A DNA stretch of 64,000 nucleotides from Reclinomonas americana ATCC 50394. Its lineage: Eukaryota. The notes beneath the pieces are model-generated. The model saw only the letters and a program-made list of their open reading frames with translations, was not told where the DNA came from and searched no databases. Every line of letters begins with the position of its first letter. The stretch's first letter is position 1. The position numbers were made by a program, and so were the translations under genes. Location of the stretch: NCBI GenBank assembly GCA_048213135.1, contig PS015010.1, forward strand, positions 1,922,001 through 1,986,000. Direction: 5' to 3'. Below, piece by piece: positions 49,001 through 57,181 of this stretch.

Positions 49001-50671
49001 GGCGTCGTATTTCTTCTCTTTCGTTTCACAGTAACAGGTATTACCGTCTTTATCATTACGTGTATGCGTAACCGTCAGCCATCCGTCGACGATATCCTGT
49101 AGTTTTTTACTGATCCCGGCTTCCACGGCGGCGGCAAGTATGTCCCTGCTGATATAAAAATAGCTGCTGTTTAAAGCTGTCGCTACCTGTGTCACCAGCA
49201 GTTCCGCTCCGACAAAGGGTGGATATTCCACTTTTTTTGTCTTATTCTTTCCGGGACCTCTACGCTGGTCATCACAGCAGGTATTCTGCGTCCCCGGTTT
49301 GGGCAGCAGGGACTGGCAATAGTTACTATCGAGCTGGCACGACAGGGAGATGTTGATCTCCCGTTTACCTCCATTCAGCAGCAGTACCGGGGAGGCCAGC
49401 AGGAAACCCAGCCTGGCGCCGGGGTATGGAAGAATAAATTTGTTTTCCGGGTCGGCATACTTGCTCCATTTAGCGCCCAGTGCGGCACGGGACGGCAGCA
49501 CGTCATCGGCAAATGCCTTTTCGATTCCATCGGCCTTTGTAACATCAGGGGCCATATAAACGCCTTCAAGTAAAGCGGCATCACCTGTAACCTGGTTGTT
49601 CAGGAAAAGTATTTTCTGCTCAGCAATCTTTGTCTTATTAACAACGATTTCATCATCGGTGGCGAATAATACTTCCGCTTTGTTGTTGTCTTTACCATCT
49701 TTAAACAACAGGCCTTTTTTCAGCAGGTATTTTTCCAGCTGCTGCTGTATCTCAAACACCAGGTGTACTTTATCGGGTACCGCCGGGCCGGGTTTGAGCA
49801 GCAATACCTGTTTATAGAAAAAGTCAAGGTGTTTACGGGTATAGCTGTTGAGGTCGCCCTGCAGGTAGCGGAACAATTGGAGGAAGGCAAAAAGCAACGC
49901 CAGGTGTGGTGTGTGTCTTTCTTTCAGTTCTTCTTTCAGTGGCAGCAGGCTTTGCTGTATGCTGAGTTCGGCGGAAGTAGAAAAGATGCGGATCACATCC
50001 AGGAAGGATTGCACCAGTTGAAAGACTTTACCGTACAACACCTGCAGCCTCTTTCTTTTCGTATTGCCCCAGGTTTTAAAATCATCATCTGTTTCCCTGA
50101 GATCACTGCTGACGAGGCCCCAGGTCTTATTATCAAAAAGCGGGTTGAAATTAAAATTCCGGGTACAGAACCATTTGGTGCCGTCATTGGCGTAACGAAT
50201 AAATTCTTTTACAGGGTCAGACAACTTATCCCTTACCAGTTGTTCCATCGCCGTTTCCAACGGAAGCGCTGATCCCTGTATGAGTTGCTGCCAGCCATTG
50301 ATCTTTAGTATGATACCGTTATAGGTATAACTCAGCAGGAGTTGCAATCCCGCTGCGGAAGGCTTCTTGTCAAATTTCTTTTTATAACCCAGGAGTTTTT
50401 TCTCAACCGCCGCCCTGTCGTACCGGATGATGGAAGCAATACTGAAAGGCAAACTCTTACGAAAAAAAGGCTGCCAGTCGCTCACCTGTAATTGTTCGTC
50501 GTAATAATTGACATGGCGGGATAACTGGATGAAGAAATCCAGCAGGTCGGCGAGTGACCGTGCATCCACGCTTGCCGTACCCGACAGCAGGTCTTCATTC
50601 AGCCGTTGCCGCTGGCTTACGCCGGGATCAGACTGGAAAGGATGAATCAATTGTTGACAATCCGGTATCAT
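46022..50671 (-). CDS. Baseplate J/gp47-like protein (Afp11-like), 1549 aa
   Basis: SQRQR, DWQPFF, PHLALLFAF, HLDFFYKQVL, SFGG..E..FYIRVSELLRHKNRAI..DYERIVLELFP motifs. Confidence 0.9.
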   Translation of the reverse strand: MIPDCQQLIHPFQSDPGVSQRQRLNEDLLSGTASVDARSLADLLDFFIQLSRHVNYYDEQLQVSDWQPFFRKSLPFSIASIIRYDRAAVEKKLLGYKKKFDKKPSAAGLQLLLSYTYNGIILKINGWQQLIQGSALPLETAMEQLVRDKLSDPVKEFIRYANDGTKWFCTRNFNFNPLFDNKTWGLVSSDLRETDDDFKTWGNTKRKRLQVLYGKVFQLVQSFLDVIRIFSTSAELSIQQSLLPLKEELKERHTPHLALLFAFLQLFRYLQGDLNSYTRKHLDFFYKQVLLLKPGPAVPDKVHLVFEIQQQLEKYLLKKGLLFKDGKDNNKAEVLFATDDEIVVNKTKIAEQKILFLNNQVTGDAALLEGVYMAPDVTKADGIEKAFADDVLPSRAALGAKWSKYADPENKFILPYPGARLGFLLASPVLLLNGGKREINISLSCQLDSNYCQSLLPKPGTQNTCCDDQRRGPGKNKTKKVEYPPFVGAELLVTQVATALNSSYFYISRDILAAAVEAGISKKLQDIVDGWLTVTHTRNDKDGNTCYCETKEKKYDALFTQQEWGTMKAPLSAEEKKALDDIVKPRKPLNVVFSGEDKWISPYEDAAGSVVASIQNYNPATRLFTLAITAVLQPEHKPVTFYNAENLKEDFNTTLPVAKIELDDKIKILHSLAASAQLQCCERQPEKTTQPVSLYHFFRNVKVLPASTKINVEVCGLKDFIVQNDESLQDTASPIYPFGTRPSVIGFDLVNPVKPGVPKNLAGPSFYIGSKEVFGKKWDDVYINLSWKDKPVSFNEYYKAYWVNKADQTKYGLNENDFQVNVALLEDGKWKKEKDYTVPNPPVPNNLIQNPETHDFNRPLFRKDTAAGFCNPLNPAEQTIHIANAYINGSSPAFRIDQAKQEQLNPSTLNGFIRLNLQNQDFLHKDYAYILARQMMALGKFPNSFLEDATYLSAGNTVIVFEGIAPKLVQLDQLATDAVTATTNTKTNVDAVKSATDNARLGGSPGGVTITAAEFTPSISTPLASAVSNSQTAKTRAQNLRNKLTEIETTLSFFDVFTGKLVDKLSVLIPNEPWTPIIKNISLDYKATAVAADIDLVHLYPYTGTYKAEELELQPSLFPVFCDEGNLFLGLKDCKPGSNLNILFQLAEATADSESEREELQWYYLENNIWKLLRTGFEVLDDDTNGLTTSGIVKLALPANMTNENSILPKGLHWIRAAIPGNSRSVSEIIGVHTQAVKATFTAAPENDLLRLAAPLPAGSVAKLKEADALVKKTEQPYDSFGGRVPEAEQHFYIRVSELLRHKNRAIQKFDYERIVLELFPQVYKVKCINHSYALNANRYVNDFPVAPGYVLLAVIPDLNQLKAARSFEPKAPVSLLEAIEAGLKKVVSPFVRLRIMNPRYEKVDFCLRVKLLPGKDEVYYKEELKKDISEFLAPWAIGEYDKLAFGQSVNRSDMIRFLESRGYIDYITDLKMVHTESGKNISTSGDANEVVPITPRSILVAGNIDVCIDQQDCEQWCECKDATGQGTGSCCDHTAIPVTDYCKDTGKD

Positions 50672-50688
50672 AAATTATTATCCCTGTT

Positions 50689-51111
50689 TTATACCTGTCT
50701 TAAGGCTTCATTTTTATAATAGTCGTACACATAATTGAATCTCGAGTTCGTTCCGGGTATGGTATACTCCACGATAATGGTAAATTTCCCTTCCAGCAGG
50801 TCGGGAGAATCGTCGCCGGCAACATCTATCCGCTCCGCCGTTATCCTCGGTTCATAATACAGGATGGCGTTACTTACTCTTTCTTTGATATAACCAATGG
50901 TAGAACTGCTCAGCGATTCAAAAAGGAACTCTTCCAGGTTGCAGCCATACTTGGGTTGCATCACTCTTTCGCCAAGCGTTGTTGACAGCAGGATGTTAAG
51001 GCTTTGATTGATGTCTTCCACGTTGCTTACCATTTCCACTGAGCCGGTATCCTTGCTGAATGCCGGCGGGAAAGACCAGCCTGTCCCTAAAAAGTTTTGC
51101 GTATTGCTCAT
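50689..51111 (-). CDS. gp25/GPW-like baseplate protein (Afp9-like)
   Basis: FLGTGWSFPP, GERVMQPKYG, YEPRI motifs. Confidence 0.93.
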   Translation of the reverse strand: MSNTQNFLGTGWSFPPAFSKDTGSVEMVSNVEDINQSLNILLSTTLGERVMQPKYGCNLEEFLFESLSSSTIGYIKERVSNAILYYEPRITAERIDVAGDDSPDLLEGKFTIIVEYTIPGTNSRFNYVYDYYKNEALRQV

Positions 51112-51127
51112 AATCAACCTGTTTATT

Positions 51128-51421
51128 TTAACCACCGATCTGCACTGTAGGCAGGCCGGCTATTATTACACCTCCGTGTGAAGTAAGGTCACCCTGCCGG
51201 GCCGCGGGTTTCCCACCTATAAATACAGTGGATGAACCTTTCGCGATCGTATCGGGAGGGCCTACGCATACCAGCATATCACCCACCACTGCAGCCGGCA
51301 GGCCTCCTATCAGAACGGTAGCCACGCATGGGCCGGATACGGGTCCGCCTACATGCGGCACGGGTCCCGGGTTCACCATCGGGCAGGTATGCATATCGCT
51401 TAGTCTTGCTGCTGAAGGCAT
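51128..51421 (-). CDS. PAAR spike-tip protein (Afp10-like)
   Basis: AARLSDMHTCP, PHVGGP, GKPAARQGD, HGG motifs. Confidence 0.95.
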   Translation of the reverse strand: MPSAARLSDMHTCPMVNPGPVPHVGGPVSGPCVATVLIGGLPAAVVGDMLVCVGPPDTIAKGSSTVFIGGKPAARQGDLTSHGGVIIAGLPTVQIGG

Positions 51422-51426
51422 GATCG

Positions 51427-53202
51427 TTAATTTATTTTTACAAGAGACCCCTGTATTTCGGTAATGCCCGATGAAGTCAGTTTGGTCATCGCTCCCTGGA
51501 GCGCCAGGCTGCCGTCTGCTTTTACCGACAGGTTCAAACCTCCGATCGTCAGCGTGGCGCCTGCCTTAAGCGACAGGTTAATGCCCGCTTCAATGTCCAC
51601 ATTCTTCGGGCTGCTCAGCTTTACACCGGCAGGATCCATCGTTACTTTATTCTGGTTCTGGTCTTTTATTTCGATTGTCTTTCCCTGCTCATCGAGTTTA
51701 ATACTGTTACCGGCAGGTGTGTCAATTGTGATGGTTTTTGTCTGGTCATGAAAATGAACACGCATTTTACTGCGGGTAAATATTCCTTTTTCATGGTTCT
51801 CGTCTTTACCCGGCAGCGGCGCGGGTTTGGCACTGCTGTTGAGTTGTCCCAGTACGATGGCATCATTCGGGTCATCGTTAATAAACCCTACGATCACTTC
51901 ATCATCTATTTCGGGACGGAAGAAAGTGCCGCGCTGGTTACCTGCATCCAGGCAGGCTACCCTTGACCAGGTGCCCTGCGCATTGTTATCGATCACGGGT
52001 ATCTTTACGAGTATGCGATCCTCGCCATTGGGATCGTTTGCAAGCTGTACCACTTTTCCTATCTGCAAACCATGTATGCCACCCATCAACCCCGCGCTGA
52101 GCGGGTCGGCGATATCTTTATATACTGCCGCGTACCGCTCGGCATCAAGACCAAACTGTATGTGTGTTTCCCATAATCCTTTTCCCACTTCATGCGTTAC
52201 GGCTGTAACAAAAGCATTGCCTTTATACCGGTCGCCAACGCCTTCCAGTTTGACCATATCGCCTGGTTTTACACCCGAGAAGCCGGTGATCCTCGCCCTG
52301 CCCTTTATCTTGGCCATGCGGCTGCGCAGGAGAGCGCCATCGGTCCACGACTGAAGTTCCTGTTCGGTTACATAACCACTGTGGCGCATATCGTAATGTT
52401 CCAAGCCAATCGCTTCTGCCAGTTTACTGCCTTCGAGGTTCCCATGTTGTTTGAAGGCCGACGCTTCGGAAGTTTCCGCGTCAAACAATTGCTGGTTGGC
52501 ATAATCCCATGAAAATGCTTTTACACTTTTCCACTGAAAACGGGCATCCATTTCAGCTTCAAACTCCATGATGGAACTGCCATACGTAAGCTGTAAAACC
52601 GGCGCTGCGGACGTATCGGGTTTGGCCATCTTTACTTTTCCATCTTCCACATTCACCAGCATGCCATTGGCTTCAGCCCGCAGCAGCAGGAAGTCCCAGT
52701 CGCTGATATGATGCTGTACCATTTCTTTGTGTAACACGGCTGTTGTTTCCGCATCCGCACTAAGACCCGGGTACCTGCCAACAAGGTCATCTGCCACCTG
52801 GTTGTCCTTTACATTTTCATGATACCTGCTTTTACGGCCGATGGTCATCTTCACGGCTTCATCACGACACTCCACATGCAGCTCTGTATTACCATTTTCT
52901 TTTACCCTGATGGCCTGTCGGGTGATGATGCCTTTGAAGACCTGCTGGTTGTTGCCGTCGTATCCCACTTTCACCACTACTTTTTTTCCGGGTATGAGAT
53001 CATCTGTATTACTGATGTCGAAACTTTGTTCTGCGGCTTCACCATCGCGGAATGACATCTTCACCACAGGTATGCGGTTGATCTCTTTCACCACAACAAG
53101 TGATAACAATTCATACGCCGGGTTCAGCGCCTGTCCTTCGACCTGCACATCATAACTGGCAACATCATGCGCCGATGGGTTGGGTATGATGAGTTCTTCC
53201 AT
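51427..53202 (-). CDS. VgrG-like spike protein (Afp8-like)
   Basis: SDWDFLLLRAEANG; OB-fold F-PEIDDEVIVGF-NDDP..LGQL; beta-helix C-terminus ending GSLVKIN. Confidence 0.93.
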   Translation of the reverse strand: MEELIIPNPSAHDVASYDVQVEGQALNPAYELLSLVVVKEINRIPVVKMSFRDGEAAEQSFDISNTDDLIPGKKVVVKVGYDGNNQQVFKGIITRQAIRVKENGNTELHVECRDEAVKMTIGRKSRYHENVKDNQVADDLVGRYPGLSADAETTAVLHKEMVQHHISDWDFLLLRAEANGMLVNVEDGKVKMAKPDTSAAPVLQLTYGSSIMEFEAEMDARFQWKSVKAFSWDYANQQLFDAETSEASAFKQHGNLEGSKLAEAIGLEHYDMRHSGYVTEQELQSWTDGALLRSRMAKIKGRARITGFSGVKPGDMVKLEGVGDRYKGNAFVTAVTHEVGKGLWETHIQFGLDAERYAAVYKDIADPLSAGLMGGIHGLQIGKVVQLANDPNGEDRILVKIPVIDNNAQGTWSRVACLDAGNQRGTFFRPEIDDEVIVGFINDDPNDAIVLGQLNSSAKPAPLPGKDENHEKGIFTRSKMRVHFHDQTKTITIDTPAGNSIKLDEQGKTIEIKDQNQNKVTMDPAGVKLSSPKNVDIEAGINLSLKAGATLTIGGLNLSVKADGSLALQGAMTKLTSSGITEIQGSLVKIN

Positions 53203-53203
53203 A

Positions 53204-53914
53204 TCAGGCTTCGTTTTTATCGAATGGCGGGAAATACAGGTCAGTTCCGGGTTTCACCTGCCGCAGCGTGGTGAGCCCATTGGCTTTTCCTACTTCCATA
53301 AAATATTTTGGATCCTTATAGATTGAATTGGTGAGCAGGTCGAGCCGGTCACTCTGTTTAAACTTCCGGTAATGGGTAAGGTCAGGGGAAGAAGCTTTCG
53401 ATTCTGCCAGCAGTACTTCCCTTGATTTGTGGGCCAGGAAGGTAGCGCTTACTTTTACCCGCAACGGAGACCCATCGGGTTCAAACAAATTATAATTGAG
53501 TTCAAGATTGGAAAGCACACCTTTGAAATTCATGTCGGTACCCCAGAATACGATCAGGAAACGCGGCCGGTGAATATTGCCATCAAAATTGTAACAGCAG
53601 TTCTTCAGGTCCTCTACCTGGTCGTGTACTTTTCTTTTGATATAGTCCTTCTTATCACCACCATAACCTTCTACAATATGGGTTCCGTCAAGAATGAATT
53701 CCAGTCTCAGCTCTTCGGGTTCGGTCGATTTATATTTCACTTCAGCACCGGGTTTGCCGTGCCCGCCTGAACTGTCGGCATTCACCTTGAAGGTTTGCGT
53801 AAAAGATTCAGGATTGATGGGTGTAGCAAATTCCTTGCTCTTATCCTCTCCCGAAAAATCCCTGTTCTCGAACGAACGGATCACCAGCTTTTCCAGTTTT
53901 TTTCTATCGCTCAT
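53204..53914 (-). CDS. CIS tube initiator / LysM-like protein (Afp7-like)
   Basis: INPES, HRPRFLIVFWG, LFEPDGSPLR, SSPDLTH, DRLD..IY.D..Y..V..ANGL motifs. Confidence 0.88.
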   Translation of the reverse strand: MSDRKKLEKLVIRSFENRDFSGEDKSKEFATPINPESFTQTFKVNADSSGGHGKPGAEVKYKSTEPEELRLEFILDGTHIVEGYGGDKKDYIKRKVHDQVEDLKNCCYNFDGNIHRPRFLIVFWGTDMNFKGVLSNLELNYNLFEPDGSPLRVKVSATFLAHKSREVLLAESKASSPDLTHYRKFKQSDRLDLLTNSIYKDPKYFMEVGKANGLTTLRQVKPGTDLYFPPFDKNEA

Positions 53915-54077
53915 GTTTCTCTTTTAAGATTTCGAGTACTTTTTCAACACAGGCACGGATCATCTCCTCGCCGGGAGCCGAATTATTACCTGATGCCTGT
54001 CCCTGTGCCGCCGCCTTGGTATTGTTCTCATTGGCAACGGTGGCTTTTATGACCAGTTCTCTTACTTCTACCGGCAT
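53904..54077 (-). CDS. Small Afp6/DUF5908-like protein (57 aa, not in ORF track)
   Basis: MPVEVRELVIKA...CVEKVLEILKEKHER; fills the gap between tube 2 and the tube initiator. Confidence 0.8.
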   Translation of the reverse strand: MPVEVRELVIKATVANENNTKAAAQGQASGNNSAPGEEMIRACVEKVLEILKEKHER

Positions 54078-54091
54078 AGCTTTATGTTTTA

Positions 54092-54622
54092 TTACGTATT
54101 GAAAGGATTCACTTCAGAAGACACCAGGCGGTTGTAATTCAGCTCAAGCGTTTCGATCAGCACTTCCCCTCTTTCCGCGTTGAGTTCGCCAATCTTCCAG
54201 CTTCGCGGCCATACATTGTTCACGGTCCAGGTCATCAGCGGCCGCTGGTCATCTTCACCGAGCAACTGGATGATAACGGTATCAATCACTTTGAAAGGTG
54301 AAGTCTCCTCAGGTTTTACCGGTGGTTTTTTCTTGGCTTCCAGTTCGAAAGGCTGATCTTCAAACGTGTTTTTCAACCAGGCCGTAACAGCCGAAGTATT
54401 GGGACCAAGCAGGCCACGCTTCAGCACCAGCGGACCGAATTTGCGCCGGGTAGGCAGCACATGCTCGAAGCGGTTCTCCCCTCCTTCCTTTATCGTTTCA
54501 AATTCCAGGGTGGAATCCAGGCCGGTTACGGACTGGAACTTTACATCCACAGAATCCCTGTCGTTCGGCGAAAAGTGAACGGAAAAGTGGAAGCCTACCA
54601 CCTGGTAAAATTTATCGCTCAT
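54092..54622 (-). CDS. Phage tail tube protein (gp19-like, Afp5)
   Basis: VGFHFSV, FQSVTGL, EGGENRF, LVLKRGL, IETLEL motifs. Confidence 0.92.
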   Translation of the reverse strand: MSDKFYQVVGFHFSVHFSPNDRDSVDVKFQSVTGLDSTLEFETIKEGGENRFEHVLPTRRKFGPLVLKRGLLGPNTSAVTAWLKNTFEDQPFELEAKKKPPVKPEETSPFKVIDTVIIQLLGEDDQRPLMTWTVNNVWPRSWKIGELNAERGEVLIETLELNYNRLVSSEVNPFNT

Positions 54623-54633
54623 AGGACGGCGTT

Positions 54634-55095
54634 TTATTTGGCGTCAACAATGGACAATCCCTCATGCACCAGTTCCATGGTTTCAATGGCCACTTCATTG
54701 GCATCGGCCTTGAGGTCGGTGGACTGTATTTTAGAAGGCCATGCTTTGGTGAGCGCCCAGGTAATAATGGGCTGGTGTTCCTCATCCAGCAGGCGTATGG
54801 TTACGTCTCTCCTGAATTTGGCCTTGCCTTCCTGGAACATCATGGTATTGCGCCATTGCTCGAAGAACTGGAAGTCGCCGAGGAAGGTGCCGCGTTTCAG
54901 TGTGATATTGCTGTACTTGGTGAGACCAGGTTGTTTGGTCTTGTTATAGGTAGGACTGCTTCCTTCCCTGTATTCGATGACCTCTGTTTCGAAGTCAAGC
55001 CCGCTCACTTCCGTAAAACCAATACGGGTGCCTCCCCAGTCGAGCTGGAAATGGAATTTCGGGAGCGGGTAATTCTTTTTGGGATCGTCTGCCAT
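54634..55095 (-). CDS. Major tail tube protein (gp19-like, Afp1)
   Basis: YPLPKFHF, FTEVSGL, EYREG, PGLTKYSNITLKRG, AWPSK, IETMEL motifs. Confidence 0.95.
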   Translation of the reverse strand: MADDPKKNYPLPKFHFQLDWGGTRIGFTEVSGLDFETEVIEYREGSSPTYNKTKQPGLTKYSNITLKRGTFLGDFQFFEQWRNTMMFQEGKAKFRRDVTIRLLDEEHQPIITWALTKAWPSKIQSTDLKADANEVAIETMELVHEGLSIVDAK

Positions 55096-55147
55096 GACAT
55101 TTATTTTAATGTTGAAGAAATGTTGTTAGTAATACAATTCGGTTGAT

Positions 55148-56098
55148 TTATTTACACCTTGTTTTGGGATCCACTTCTTTGATCGCCAGTTCAAGACTTT
55201 GTTTGCAGGCCTGCAGTGATTCTTTCTTTTTATTCAGCGCCAGCAGGTCCTTGGCCAGTTGTTTGGCATCGGCATCGTCTTTCTGGTATTTGTCGTAAGT
55301 GTCCGCATAGTAAGGATCATTGCAGATGGGCATTTTCAGCATCGGTTTCAGTTTGCAATCTTCATCAGCGCAATCATCACCGCTGTTCTGGATACCCTGT
55401 TTCACTTCAGGCTTTTTCTTTTCCTGTTCGCCGCAGGCTTCATCGCAGTTGAGTACATCTTTCCATTGGTTCACTACCGTTTGCAGACCATAGTCAGGAC
55501 CGATATTAAGATCCACTTTTTCCGCAAGTGCCAGCGCCGCTATCACCAATTTGAGCAGCTCATCCCTGGAAGCTATTGCCGCTGCGAGTTTTACGCCATA
55601 GTCCTCGATGAGTTTCATCAATCCAGCGCCAGGGGTCAATCCCGGGCTGTTGAGGCATTTGATGCAATCGAGCAGGGCATCATATTTTTCCTTGAGTTTG
55701 TCGAGTTGCAGGTAATACTCCCTGATCATACAGAAAAGTATTTTCACTGCATCAACAGTGTACTGGGTATTGATGCCTACTTTCTCCACCTGGCAGCAGA
55801 GTATGTCGAGCTGATCGCAGATGGCTTTTTGCAGTTCACCGGCTTTTGTCAGTTCGTCGTACCATTTTTTGAATTGGTCGCGGCGCTCAGATACGTAAGT
55901 AAATTCCGCTGATTTTTGCCGGGCCTCTTCTTCAGCCTGCTGGTAGGCTTTGTTCACTTCTTTCAGTTCCGCTGTCCAGTTGTCGTAACAGCAGTCAACA
56001 GGCGGATTCTCTCCATCCGGATTGGCGCAGCAATCCTTTATTTTTTTATCCCATTCGGCATTGAGGGGTTCATAAATATCTTGTAACATGATTTTCAT
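55148..56098 (-). CDS. Cys-rich coiled-coil hypothetical protein, candidate tube-lumen cargo
   Basis: 316 aa, 17 Cys including three CC pairs, heptad-like helices; located between sheath and tube. Confidence 0.6.
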   Translation of the reverse strand: MKIMLQDIYEPLNAEWDKKIKDCCANPDGENPPVDCCYDNWTAELKEVNKAYQQAEEEARQKSAEFTYVSERRDQFKKWYDELTKAGELQKAICDQLDILCCQVEKVGINTQYTVDAVKILFCMIREYYLQLDKLKEKYDALLDCIKCLNSPGLTPGAGLMKLIEDYGVKLAAAIASRDELLKLVIAALALAEKVDLNIGPDYGLQTVVNQWKDVLNCDEACGEQEKKKPEVKQGIQNSGDDCADEDCKLKPMLKMPICNDPYYADTYDKYQKDDADAKQLAKDLLALNKKKESLQACKQSLELAIKEVDPKTRCK

Positions 56099-56114
56099 TT
56101 TTGGGGTTTAGAAA

Positions 56115-57155
56115 TTAATCCGCCTGGCTGGGGTTATCGTTACAACCGCAGTCGTCGCCACCGCAGAAGGTCTGTTTCACATCGCCGCATATCTCGCAAA
56201 TTTTGCATTCGCAATCGTGCAGCCTGGGTTTACAGTTGTCTTCTTCGTTGGAAACACATCCGCATTTCGGACAGCACAGGTACCTGGTGGTATCATACAG
56301 GGCTTCAAAATTGCTGCGTGAAGTGTAAAGCGTGGCAACAGCTTTCGCTTTATCCTGCACTGATTTCACCAGCGATTCCTGCAGTTTTTTCAGATCGGAT
56401 TCCCTTGTTTTCATCACATCCTGCAAATGGGTATCAAATGCTTTTGACTTTTCCCCGAAATTTTTCTGGAGCTGATCCAGTGTGCCGATATTGGAGAATA
56501 CCTGTATGCCGATTATCTCCGACGATGACCGGAAGATGGAGTTGATGTCCACATCCAACCCTTTCTTCGGCATGCAGATCAGTTCGCAGATCGTTTTATC
56601 GATGTCCTTGCATTTGTCAGGATAATCTTTGGGTGGTTCACCCGGCCCTTCATCACCACATTTGGCAGGCGGCTTACCGGTGAGTATGGTCCATTCCGAC
56701 TGGTAGCAACTGTCTGTTTTACTGCCATCCAGTGCACAGGCTGCATTGCGCAGGTCATTCAGTTTTCCTTTGGCGGCCTTTACTGCTTTAAATACATCTT
56801 TCAGTTTTGTTGACAGGTCCGTTCCCCATTTGATGTATTCGCCTACATTGGTTTTGATCGATTCCGTGGTTTGCATGAGTTCGGTTCCCAGGATGATCTC
56901 TGTATTGCGGTAACGCTGGTAGTTACCTTCGGTCCATACAAACATGCATTTTTTACGTTTGTACAGGATGTTTTCGCCATTGTAAGCCTGCTCTGCTTTG
57001 CCCACTTCCCCGGAAGCGACATAAACGGCATTGCAGTAAGCCTGCCTTTCGGTATTGATGGCTTTCTGTGCAGGGTAATTGGTTTCCACGCATTCATGGG
57101 CATGGCAACCGCAATCCTTCTCTCTTTGTTCAGCCTTTATTGATGATATTGACAT
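56115..57155 (-). CDS. Cys-rich coiled-coil hypothetical protein, candidate tube-lumen cargo
   Basis: 346 aa, 23 Cys, of which 12 are in the last ~55 aa; located between sheath and tube. Confidence 0.6.
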   Translation of the reverse strand: MSISSIKAEQREKDCGCHAHECVETNYPAQKAINTERQAYCNAVYVASGEVGKAEQAYNGENILYKRKKCMFVWTEGNYQRYRNTEIILGTELMQTTESIKTNVGEYIKWGTDLSTKLKDVFKAVKAAKGKLNDLRNAACALDGSKTDSCYQSEWTILTGKPPAKCGDEGPGEPPKDYPDKCKDIDKTICELICMPKKGLDVDINSIFRSSSEIIGIQVFSNIGTLDQLQKNFGEKSKAFDTHLQDVMKTRESDLKKLQESLVKSVQDKAKAVATLYTSRSNFEALYDTTRYLCCPKCGCVSNEEDNCKPRLHDCECKICEICGDVKQTFCGGDDCGCNDNPSQAD

Positions 57156-57181
57156 GATGGTAGGATTTAGTGTTTAAAAGA

